Below are positions 8,570-16,765 of a DNA stretch of 21,664 nucleotides, piece by piece. The stretch comes from Snowella sp. GTDB lineage: Bacteria; Cyanobacteriota; Cyanobacteriia; Cyanobacteriales; Microcystaceae. Below the pieces are notes generated by a model. The model did not search any database. It had not been told where the DNA came from and saw only the letters and a program-made list of their open reading frames with translations. The DNA lies in NCBI GenBank assembly GCA_035285545.1, contig JAYKGY010000052.1, forward strand, positions 1-21,664, written 5' to 3'. Numbering within the stretch: position 1 is the first letter of the stretch; each line of letters begins with the position of its first letter. Position numbers and translations under genes: made by a program.

Positions 8570-10045
8570 ATGTCTGCTTCCGTCAACTCGTCTAATAAGT
8601 ATGATTCATTAATAGAAATATGGAAAAGCTTACCAAGTTCTTATGGTGAATCACCTTTAGAAGCTCATTTTGTAACTCCAATGCTTAATCTGTTGGGGGT
8701 TAAACTACATGAACAAGCAAAAGATCCATTATTAGGAGCAGGAGCAGGATTAAAACCAGATTATCTAATTTGGCCCAGTGGAGTTAATGCCAGTCACTTA
8801 AGCAGTAATTCGCCTAATATTCCGCCGATTTTAGTTATTGAAGACAAAAAAAGAGATAGTACTCTTGCAAATGTTAGTGATGCTGATTTCGTTGATAAAT
8901 GTAAGGAACATAACGACTATTTGAACGCAACACAAGGAGGAACAGGAAGCAATGGACTTAAACAATATTTGGATGCGAGTAATCCTAATATTGACAAAAA
9001 TAAATTAGCTTCTTACGGCTTAGCTTTTAACGGAGATTTTTTTCAACTGTGGCGACGGGTAGATGGCTTAATTTTTCCCTTAACTCCTATTCAGAGAATG
9101 ACGGAAAAAACGATTCCTGAGTTGATGAAACAATTAGAATATGTTTTAAAAAATCCTCAGCCGGCCTTAGTAACTGCCGTTTGGAATCGAAAAGGCGGAG
9201 TTGCGAAAACTACTAATACATTAAATATTGGCTCTACACTTGCTTTAAAAGGAAAAAAAGTTTTATTTATCGATTTAGATACACAAACTGATTTAACACG
9301 ATCTTTTAAAATAAATTCTGACCAGTATCCAACCTATTTAATTCAATGTATTCGAGATATTCATGCTAATAAAATACAAGATGCGTTTAATTTAGCCCAA
9401 AAAAATATTTTTAGCCGTAAACTTAGAAACACGAATGGAGAGTTTTTCTCAATAGATATTCTTCCTTCCAATCCAAAAGAACTAGAGCTTTTCAGAGATC
9501 CCCAAGGTAATACAAAATCATCAACAAGTATAGACACTTCTCAAATTCAAAAAGCCGAAATTTTGAGTAAACTTATTAATTTTTTTAAAGCTCATTATGA
9601 TTATATTTTTATTGACGCTTCTCCCGCTAAAGATCCTTTAATGTATGCAATGCTTTTTAGTATTGATACCATGTTAATTCCAACAGATTATAGCAAAAAA
9701 ACACTTTTTCATGCAGTTGCCCTTTATCAAAAAGATATTCCCCTTCTTCGGCAAAAAAGAACTGAAAAAGAGCTATTAGGAATAAAACCTTGGAATCTGG
9801 GCTTAGTTTTTAGTAATTGCCCTGGAGATGCAGGAGCACAATTAGAAAAATGTATTCAAACCGAGCTATCTGGTTATGAATTTCAAGGTATTCAGAGAAA
9901 AACTCGTTTAAAAATTTATGCTCAAACTAAAATTGCTGAATTTCAACATTTACCTGTTGTTTGTTGGTCAAATTCTCAAATCACGAAGCTTTATGAAGAA
10001 TTAGTTCAAGAAGTTTTTCTAGGTCACAATTTCATTAATCATTAA
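8570..10045 (+). CDS. PD-(D/E)xK (HsdR-N-like) nuclease domain fused to a ParA/MinD-family ATPase
   Basis: N-terminal EAHFVTPMLNLLG, KPDYLI, ILVIEDKK, YGLAFNG; C-terminal WNRKGGVAKTT (deviant Walker A), VLFIDLDTQ, YDYIFIDASP (Walker B); ATG at 8570. Confidence 0.85.
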   Translation: MSASVNSSNKYDSLIEIWKSLPSSYGESPLEAHFVTPMLNLLGVKLHEQAKDPLLGAGAGLKPDYLIWPSGVNASHLSSNSPNIPPILVIEDKKRDSTLANVSDADFVDKCKEHNDYLNATQGGTGSNGLKQYLDASNPNIDKNKLASYGLAFNGDFFQLWRRVDGLIFPLTPIQRMTEKTIPELMKQLEYVLKNPQPALVTAVWNRKGGVAKTTNTLNIGSTLALKGKKVLFIDLDTQTDLTRSFKINSDQYPTYLIQCIRDIHANKIQDAFNLAQKNIFSRKLRNTNGEFFSIDILPSNPKELELFRDPQGNTKSSTSIDTSQIQKAEILSKLINFFKAHYDYIFIDASPAKDPLMYAMLFSIDTMLIPTDYSKKTLFHAVALYQKDIPLLRQKRTEKELLGIKPWNLGLVFSNCPGDAGAQLEKCIQTELSGYEFQGIQRKTRLKIYAQTKIAEFQHLPVVCWSNSQITKLYEELVQEVFLGHNFINH

Positions 10046-10056
10046 GGAGAAAAAAA

Positions 10057-10611
10057 ATGGCTTTATTTGACGGAACTGAAGATTTTTTTACTATTGAACG
10101 TGGAAAGACTATTCATCTTCCCATTGGTGAAGTTAAAGGTTCTTCTATAGGCAATGATTTTTTAATTAAAAACTTAGCCTTACATATGAAGAAAACAAAT
10201 AAGAATTTTTTACCCGTTATTGTTAAAGAAATTGCAGAACATCAATATGAATCATGTCTTAATACTCCAGTCTTAGAAGCGGCTCGTCTTGCTAATCTTG
10301 ATTTAATTTGGTGTATTATTGTCGATGATGATATGTTTCAACAAATCGAAATTGAAGCAGGACAAGTTATCAGGGTTCCTTTATTGTCAGCAAGCGAGAA
10401 TGATATTATTGATTTAATCGAATACGTCAAAAAAGATGAAAGATATAGTCGATCAATAAATAAATTAGATTCACAAAAGGCTGCAAAAGCAATTATTAAA
10501 AAACGTGAGGAAAATAGCCTTTCTAGTTTAAAATTTCTCACTAAAGAAAGATGCGGGTTTGGAGAAAAAGCCGTATCAGTTCTTAAAAATTACTTCCCAA
10601 TCGAAAATTAA
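10057..10611 (+). CDS. Hypothetical protein: degenerate ParB/Srx-like N-domain + ComEA-like helix-hairpin-helix C-domain
   Basis: AGGAG RBS 11 nt after the ParA-fusion stop; N-terminal LALHMKK..NFLPVIVKE...YE....PVLEAARLANLDLIWCIIVD; C-terminal IRVPLLSAS...AAKAIIKKRE..LSSLKFL....GFGEKAVSVLKNYF. Confidence 0.6.
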   Translation: MALFDGTEDFFTIERGKTIHLPIGEVKGSSIGNDFLIKNLALHMKKTNKNFLPVIVKEIAEHQYESCLNTPVLEAARLANLDLIWCIIVDDDMFQQIEIEAGQVIRVPLLSASENDIIDLIEYVKKDERYSRSINKLDSQKAAKAIIKKREENSLSSLKFLTKERCGFGEKAVSVLKNYFPIEN

Positions 10612-10705
10612 TAATAATTGGTTTTGTTTTGTCGATATACTTCAATCGCGATGACGTATGTTGATTGTCTTTGTAAAATCAAACAAATCTAGGAATAAAA
10701 ATAAT

Positions 10706-10906
10706 ATGAAAGTAAAAGCTTTGATTTGGCAAGAAGATGGGGTCTGGTGCGGTTCTGTTCCCGCTTTACCAGGCTGTCATACCTGGGGAGAAAGCTACGA
10801 ACAATTATTAGAAATGTTGCAAGATGCCGTTCAAGGATGGCTTGAAGTTGCTAGCCAAGAAATAGAGATTGAAGCAGAAAAAGAGCTAGTCAAATTATCA
10901 ATATGA
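10706..10906 (+). CDS. hicB: HicB-family antitoxin (short form, no obvious DNA-binding domain)
   Basis: ALIWQEDGVWCGSVPALPGCHTWGESYEQLLEMLQDAVQGWLE; ATG 10706; ATGA overlap with hicA. Confidence 0.9.
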   Translation: MKVKALIWQEDGVWCGSVPALPGCHTWGESYEQLLEMLQDAVQGWLEVASQEIEIEAEKELVKLSI

Positions 10907-11112
10907 AATCTATCTCTGGTAAAGCTCTTTGTAAAATTGTTGAGAGTTATGGTTAGCAGTTAAAGCGTATTAGTAGCAGTCATCATATTTATACAAAACA
11001 AGGAATGAAAGTCATTCTATCTATTCCAGTTCATGGCAACAGGGATTTACCAATTGGTACTTTGAAAAGTATTTTGAAAGATGCTGGTTTGACTGAAGAT
11101 GATTTGAGATAA
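10903..11112 (+). pseudogene. hicA: HicA-family toxin pseudogene (internal amber stop)
   Basis: MKSISGKALCKIVESYG*QLKRISSSHHIY...IPVHGNRDLPIGTLKSILKDAGL; TAG at 10954-10956 where homologues usually have W/F; GSH motif reads SSH. Confidence 0.88.
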
Positions 11113-11197
11113 CCGCGATCGCGCCCTTGTTTTCAGACAACGATCCGCTTAAGATCAACTTGCCAGATCTCAACGGACATTAGGGAAATCAAGAACT

Positions 11198-12094
11198 ATG
11201 ACCATCGGACAATCGTTAAAAAAGAAAACCCTTGTTCAATTAACCCCCTATTTATTCCTGTTGCCCGCCTTAACCGTTTTAGGAATTGCCGTCTTTTATC
11301 CCGCTTTTCAAGCCTTTTCCCTGAGCTTTACCCAATACGAATTAGACCTTACCCAAGCACCTCAATGGGTCGGACTAAAAAACTTTCAAAAACTATTAAC
11401 CGATCAGGTTTTTTGGCAAACCGTTCGTAATAGCTTGTTATATCTAGTAGGTGCCGTTCCCGTTTTAGTAACTGTCCCCTTGGGCCTCGCTATTTTAGTT
11501 AACCAGAAATTACGGGGCATTCATTGGTTTCGCATGGCCTACTATACCCCTGTGGTTATTTCAATGGTTGTTGCGGGGATTGCCTGGAAAGCGCTCTATG
11601 CGTCCAATGGTATTTTTAACCAATTACTTCAATTAATCGGTTTTAAAGAAGGGATTCCTTGGTTAACCAGTCCCCAACTAGCCCTCTGGAGCGTTATGCT
11701 CGTCACCATTTGGAAAGGTTTGGGCTATTACATGGTGATCTATTTAGCCGGACTGCAAGCCATTCCTGAAGATTTATATGAAGCGGCGGCAATTGACGGC
11801 TCAGACGGTTGGCAAAAACATTGGGATATTACTATTCCCCTGATGCGACCCTATTTGTTATTAGTGGCGGTTATTTCCTCGATTTCCGCCATGAAGGTAT
11901 TTGAGGAAGTGTATATCATGACCCAGGGCGGCCCGCTAAATCATTCTAAAACGGTTGTTTATTATGTCTATGAACGAGCTTTTCAAGATTTAGATATTAA
12001 TTATGCTTCGGCGATTGGTTTAGTGCTATTTCTATTTATTTTGATCCTATCGATTATTAATTTAAAAATTTCTCGCAATACACCAACTTTCTAA
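11198..12094 (+). CDS. Carbohydrate ABC transporter permease (LacF/UgpA-like)
   Basis: WVGLKNF, YLAGLQAIPEDLYEAAAIDG (EAA motif), MTQGGP, six TM segments. Confidence 0.92.
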   Translation: MTIGQSLKKKTLVQLTPYLFLLPALTVLGIAVFYPAFQAFSLSFTQYELDLTQAPQWVGLKNFQKLLTDQVFWQTVRNSLLYLVGAVPVLVTVPLGLAILVNQKLRGIHWFRMAYYTPVVISMVVAGIAWKALYASNGIFNQLLQLIGFKEGIPWLTSPQLALWSVMLVTIWKGLGYYMVIYLAGLQAIPEDLYEAAAIDGSDGWQKHWDITIPLMRPYLLLVAVISSISAMKVFEEVYIMTQGGPLNHSKTVVYYVYERAFQDLDINYASAIGLVLFLFILILSIINLKISRNTPTF

Positions 12095-12109
12095 CGCGAT
12101 CGCTGAGAT

Positions 12110-13180
12110 TTAAACCTGATCAGAGGTTGGGGAGCTTTCCGGTTGAACGCTGTCTTCGCTGGATGCATTGTCTTCTCGGACTAACTGTATCCAAATAGCA
12201 ATCATGCCGGCAATGGGGATCGAGAGAAAAACCCCTAACAATCCTGCGACTTGTTCTCCGATAAAGATCGCTAAAAACAGGAGAACTGGATTGAGTTCTA
12301 AGGCATTACCCATGATTTTGGGACGGACAAGGTTGTCTTGGATTTGTTGTAACACTAAGTTGGCGATAATAACAGAAACTGTAACTTCAGTGCCTTGAGA
12401 GGCAAAGACTAAAAAAGAAACGAGCAGCACTCCCAGGGTTGCCCCAATACCCGGAATGGCATCTAAAAGCCCCATAATGATGGCTAAAATCAAGGCATAG
12501 TTAACGCCTAATAGGGAAAAAACGAGGAAACTCACCAAGGACAAAAAGACCATTAAAATCACTTGTCCCCGGATAAACCCTAAAAAACTCTGCCGAAAGG
12601 TCACGGCGAAGCGATCGCGATAGGTGACAGGCACCAGATTCAGGAACATCAACCAGAGCTTTTCCCCATCGATGAGCATATAGAGGCTAATCACTGCCCC
12701 AAAAACCCCGATAAATAAACTGGAAAAGAGTCCTTGGACAATGCCTAAACTCGACGCTAATCCCGTTTGTAGGGTACTGATAATTTTAGTGATATCTAAT
12801 CGGTCTAAAAAGGTTTGAAAGGGAAAAATATCTTGTTTTTTTAAAATATCGGTTAAATTACTCCCTAAAGCTTGCCCCTGATTAATTGCTTCTAGCCCAA
12901 TAAAGGCAACTAGGGTCATTAGCAAAACGAGAGAACCAATAAAACTAACCGCGATCGCCAAGGGTCGGGGAATATAACGGGATAACCAGAGGACGGGATA
13001 ATTAAGCAATGCGGCAAAGATACCGGCTGCGGTAAAGAGGGCAATGGTGGTGTAGAAATAGTTAATTAACAGAACCGTTACCCAGGCGCATCCAAACAAG
13101 AGTAGGTAACGCAAGAGAGCCGAATTATTCAGCGATCGCCAAAACTGAGCAGAGGAGGGAGAAGATTTGGGCGGTTCCAT
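12110..13180 (-). CDS. AI-2E family transporter
   Basis: AALLNYPV, GFIRGQV, IPGIGA, QQIQDNLVRPKIMG..LELNP, GVFLSIP. Confidence 0.9.
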   Translation of the reverse strand: MEPPKSSPSSAQFWRSLNNSALLRYLLLFGCAWVTVLLINYFYTTIALFTAAGIFAALLNYPVLWLSRYIPRPLAIAVSFIGSLVLLMTLVAFIGLEAINQGQALGSNLTDILKKQDIFPFQTFLDRLDITKIISTLQTGLASSLGIVQGLFSSLFIGVFGAVISLYMLIDGEKLWLMFLNLVPVTYRDRFAVTFRQSFLGFIRGQVILMVFLSLVSFLVFSLLGVNYALILAIIMGLLDAIPGIGATLGVLLVSFLVFASQGTEVTVSVIIANLVLQQIQDNLVRPKIMGNALELNPVLLFLAIFIGEQVAGLLGVFLSIPIAGMIAIWIQLVREDNASSEDSVQPESSPTSDQV

Positions 13181-13215
13181 GACAAATGACGGTTTATAAA
13201 GAATTGCTGTTTATT

Positions 13216-13824
13216 TTACCCGCCTTGCCAACGATTCAACGGAACACAATCAATATTTAATTGATCCAACGTGCGAGCGACGACAAAATCCACCAGATCT
13301 TCAATACTTTGGGGATTGTGATACCAGGCCGGAATCGCAGGGACAATTCTAACGTTTGCTTCTGCGAGGGTCGTTAAATTCCGCAAATGAATCACACTTA
13401 ACGGGGTTTCACGGGGCACAATCACTAACGGTCGTCCTTCCTTGAGTTGGACATCGGCGGCCCGTTCTAATAAGTCGGAACTCAAACCAGCGGCCAGTTT
13501 AGCAACCGTACTCATGCTACAGGGGGTAATGATCATGCCTGTTGTCCGAAAGGATCCACTCGCGATCGCGGCTCCCACATCTCCCCACCGATGACAGCGT
13601 AATTTGCCAGCAACGGGAACGTCGGTTTGGTCTCGCCAAAATGCTTCCTGGGGTTCCGGCTCAGCGGGCATACGGATTGCTTGTTCAGCTTGCCAAACCT
13701 GATAAGTTGCCTTTGATGCGACCAATTCAACGGGGTAATCCGCTTCTAGTAAAAATTTCAGGGTTCTAACGGCATAAATTAACCCAGACGCTCCACTAAC
13801 ACCTAAAATAAGCGGTTTATTCAT
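13216..13824 (-). CDS. ubiX: Flavin prenyltransferase UbiX
   Basis: GVSGASG, IASGS, PCSMST, RAADVQLKE.RPLVIVPRETP, PAWYHNP. Confidence 0.95.
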   Translation of the reverse strand: MNKPLILGVSGASGLIYAVRTLKFLLEADYPVELVASKATYQVWQAEQAIRMPAEPEPQEAFWRDQTDVPVAGKLRCHRWGDVGAAIASGSFRTTGMIITPCSMSTVAKLAAGLSSDLLERAADVQLKEGRPLVIVPRETPLSVIHLRNLTTLAEANVRIVPAIPAWYHNPQSIEDLVDFVVARTLDQLNIDCVPLNRWQGG

Positions 13825-13859
13825 TATTTCCCTATTAAACTTTTTTGATCTTGTGATCA

Positions 13860-13933
13860 GGACATAATGGTATTATGTCCCTACGAAGTCTACTTTCTGG
13901 TTTTATCTGTAGGGATTTAACACTGTTAAATCC
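13860..13933. repeat. Inverted doublet of GTAG-type REP-like hairpins
   Basis: Minus strand GTAG-GGACATAAT-ACC-ATTATGTCC (13884-13860) and plus strand GTAG-GGATTTAAC-ACT-GTTAAATCC (13909-13933), both perfect 9-bp stems with 3-nt loops. Confidence 0.65.
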
Positions 13934-13949
13934 GTTTATGATTCTCGAT

Positions 13950-15071
13950 TTAATTATTCTCAATCAATTGTTTCAAAATTTTTTCTCCCTGTTGACTCTG
14001 GATCACAATTCGGCGATCGCGGTCAAATAGAACCGAACCAATCTCAAGGGTTTTTCCCGTGTGTTCATAGACATAACGCTGGGAACGCTGATCGATGGTG
14101 TCGGCAATGGATTGATAAAGGGGATTGACCCAAACTTGATTGAAATTCTGCTCCCACTGACGTAAAAGGTTTAAGGCTGCTTCCGTCGTCGCACAGGCCA
14201 ACAATTGCTGAAGATATGGCGTTGGTAAGCCCGTTTTTGCTGCCTGAGCCGTTAAAATCTCCAACCGAGCATCCGCTAAATGGTGATGGGTATGGAAAAT
14301 GCCCCCCGCTAACTTGATTAATTTACCGTGATAGCCAAAGAGTAACAAACGGGAAAGGTTGCTTGAAGCCGCCGCGACCAGTAAGGGGCCGAGCCAATTG
14401 GCGGTTTTGATTAATTGCTCAGGATTAATGCCTAATTGACGCGCTAAATCTAAGCCATTCTCTCCGATGCAAAAGACTAAGCTCTCGAATTGATTTGCTC
14501 TTTGAGTTAATTCGGTTTGAAAAGCCGCCAACTGTTGGGGGGCACTGAGGGGTTCAGCAATTCCGCTTGTTCCCAATAAGGATAAACCTTCGATCACCCC
14601 AAAAGCGGCATTGGAAGTTCTTTCAGCCAGGGCTTTTCCTTCGGGCAAAATGAGAGTGACAATGAGGCTTTCGGCGGGTTGTAACCAGGGTTGAAGATTT
14701 TCCTGCAATAACCGTTGGGCGTACCGATAAATCGCGGCTTTCCCGTCTTGATTAATTTGTTTGCCGATCCCTTCCCCCCCTTGAATAATAATTTCCGATG
14801 GCCCAGTTTTAAGTTCTACCACAGCCCAAACCGGAGTATGGCGCGTTAAATCTAAGTTATCGCCTGGATCGCTGCGGGTAATGGCTAAGGCTTGATGATC
14901 TCGTAATTTTGCGACCTGTTCAATCTCAATTTCTACGGTTTCAGGGGGTTCTAGTAAATCCACTTGTACCGATCGCGTAACCAAGTCTTGTCGTAAATAC
15001 CGCACAGCCGCGATCGCCGATGCACAGGCAAAAACAGGAAGCGTATAACCAGCACGGGCTTGGGACATCAT
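13950..15071 (-). CDS. cbiD: Cobalt-precorrin-5B C1-methyltransferase CbiD
   Basis: RAGYTLPVFACA, SDPGDNLDLT, GGEGIG, RTSNAAFGVIEGLSLLGTSG, GYHGKLIKLAGGIFHTHHHLAD. Confidence 0.95.
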   Translation of the reverse strand: MMSQARAGYTLPVFACASAIAAVRYLRQDLVTRSVQVDLLEPPETVEIEIEQVAKLRDHQALAITRSDPGDNLDLTRHTPVWAVVELKTGPSEIIIQGGEGIGKQINQDGKAAIYRYAQRLLQENLQPWLQPAESLIVTLILPEGKALAERTSNAAFGVIEGLSLLGTSGIAEPLSAPQQLAAFQTELTQRANQFESLVFCIGENGLDLARQLGINPEQLIKTANWLGPLLVAAASSNLSRLLLFGYHGKLIKLAGGIFHTHHHLADARLEILTAQAAKTGLPTPYLQQLLACATTEAALNLLRQWEQNFNQVWVNPLYQSIADTIDQRSQRYVYEHTGKTLEIGSVLFDRDRRIVIQSQQGEKILKQLIENN

Positions 15072-15608
15072 CTAACTCTTTTTAATTCCAAGATTTAATT
15101 GCTCAATTTGTTGTTTTAACTGGGCCAATTCTTGTTTTTGGCGTTCAATGGCGGCTTTTAAGCTTTGATTTTCCTGCTGTACGCCTTGATATTTCCGAAT
15201 TAGCTCTTGACGGAGTTGCTCTTGTTTCTGTTCCTTATATCGTCGTTCACGAATGTCTTTGAAAACAGCGATCGCGTAGATAATTTTCCCCTGCTCATCA
15301 AAAATAGGCGCGGCAGAAAACTCTAGGGGAATAATTTGTCCGCCCTGATGAATTTCCATATCTTCAATGGTCGTTGATTCTCCTTGTAAGGCTTTAATTA
15401 AAGGATTTTCCGTAACCGGATAAAGCTGATTCGTGCCCACTTGATAGGATTGATAAATCACATTTAATTGCTCAATATTAGCCGAGGTTAAAATTCCTTT
15501 TCCTAAAATATTTAATGCCTGCTGATTTAAATAATAAGGATGGCCGCCCGCATCAATAATAAATATCCCCATCGGACAAATTTCTAGAAATTGTTTAAAT
15601 GGCATCAT
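15072..15608 (-). CDS. Stand-alone PAS/PAC domain protein with C-terminal coiled coil
   Basis: FLEICPMGIFIIDAGGHPYYLN...PIFDEQGKIIYAIAVFKDIRERR, then heptad repeats; no output domain; start could be 15611 (GTG), 15608 or 15605. Confidence 0.82.
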   Translation of the reverse strand: MMPFKQFLEICPMGIFIIDAGGHPYYLNQQALNILGKGILTSANIEQLNVIYQSYQVGTNQLYPVTENPLIKALQGESTTIEDMEIHQGGQIIPLEFSAAPIFDEQGKIIYAIAVFKDIRERRYKEQKQEQLRQELIRKYQGVQQENQSLKAAIERQKQELAQLKQQIEQLNLGIKKS

Positions 15609-15658
15609 CACAAAAAGCTAAGCATTCGTAGAATAAAAAAACAAACAAGCCAGAAAAA

Positions 15659-15680
15659 AGGATCAATTAAGGATCAATTA
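15659..15680. repeat. Tandem 11-bp direct repeat AGGATCAATTA x2
   Basis: Exact duplication about 50 nt upstream of the PAS gene start. Confidence 0.5.
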
Positions 15681-15943
15681 TTGTTACACGCTCATCTGCT
15701 TTTCAAGATAGTAACGTCAAGGATTTAGACACAGCTTGTTACCCAAAAGTGCCCTTTCAATTAACGATCCAGCTTGTTAATCTATCATATTGCATGAATT
15801 CGTGATCGATGAATGGGGGTAAATTATTCGCCTAACTTGATCAGTAGTGACGGCCGCTTAAGGAAATTGTGGCACATTGAAGTCAACCGTTAATTGAGAT
15901 TTTAAAAATAGGTTCATTTCTACACAAAAATGTTTTTTTTGAA

Positions 15944-16741
15944 TTAATTTACAACAATAGTGGACAAAAAATCTAAGGGATAATGGGGATTGGCGGCAAA
16001 TCCTAAAATACCTTTGTCTCGATGTTCATAGAGTAACTTTCCTTGAGCGTCAAATAAAAAGGTTCCGCCCCGTTGGGTGAGATAGGCACTATCAGGAACG
16101 TAGGTTGGCCAATGGCTCAATACCTCGCCCATGTTCCGCAAACGCAGGGTTGCTAATTCAAAGGGACGTTGAAAGCCTTTTCCCCCTGCTTTCTGAAAAA
16201 CTGATCCCTTGAAAGCGGGTAAGGGTTTAGCTTGAATGATTTCGTCATCATCAATTAGCTGGGGAGCCTGGCGATCGCCGAGATAACCCCGAAAGACTTC
16301 TGCTAAGGTTCCTGGGCTACCAATCCCGGCACACATCAACATCAGATTTAACCAGGCATTTTGAGCCACACTGAAGCCAGGTAATTTGAACCGAAGCCCT
16401 GGATAGAGTTGTAAAGCTTGATGTAACTCAGCTTTTGGGTCAACAAAGAGCCAATCCGCCGGAAATTGCGTATAGTCACAAAACTTTTGACCCGATGCGA
16501 TATCCCCAATCCCGACTGCTCGGACAGTAACGCCCCTTGATTGTAATTGCGCTGCTTCTCGCTGGAGCCACCAGGCATATTCCAAACTATCAAAATCTCC
16601 CAATTGCGGCCAAACAAGCATTAATAGGTAAGCTGCATTCTCACAATCTTGCAGTAAAGGTAATATCTCTCCATCGTTGACCCGTTGACGTTGGGTTTGC
16701 TGAAAAAGAGAGTAGGAAGCATGAGTTAAAACAGTCGTCAT
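15944..16741 (-). CDS. Peroxiredoxin-like (AhpC/TSA_2, PRXL2-like) thioredoxin-fold protein
   Basis: LVWPQLGDFDSLEYA, VRAVGIG, LFVDP...LHQALQL, TQRGGTFLFD....LYEHRD; ATG 16741. Confidence 0.8.
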   Translation of the reverse strand: MTTVLTHASYSLFQQTQRQRVNDGEILPLLQDCENAAYLLMLVWPQLGDFDSLEYAWWLQREAAQLQSRGVTVRAVGIGDIASGQKFCDYTQFPADWLFVDPKAELHQALQLYPGLRFKLPGFSVAQNAWLNLMLMCAGIGSPGTLAEVFRGYLGDRQAPQLIDDDEIIQAKPLPAFKGSVFQKAGGKGFQRPFELATLRLRNMGEVLSHWPTYVPDSAYLTQRGGTFLFDAQGKLLYEHRDKGILGFAANPHYPLDFLSTIVVN

Positions 16742-16765
16742 AAACACCAAAAGAATTTTGAAAAG

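Noticed and set aside
8570..10611. Canonical chromosomal parAB or type I R-M locus
   Set aside because: No parS palindrome, no ParB HTH or CTPase motif, no hsdM/hsdS or helicase domain
10661..10682. TTGATT-N10-AATCAA inverted repeat before hicB as a TA operator
   Set aside because: Only 6-bp AT-rich arms, and this HicB lacks an evident DNA-binding domain; could be chance
15612..15943. Cobalamin riboswitch upstream of the PAS-cbiD genes
   Set aside because: No B12-box or other conserved riboswitch core recognised on the minus strand
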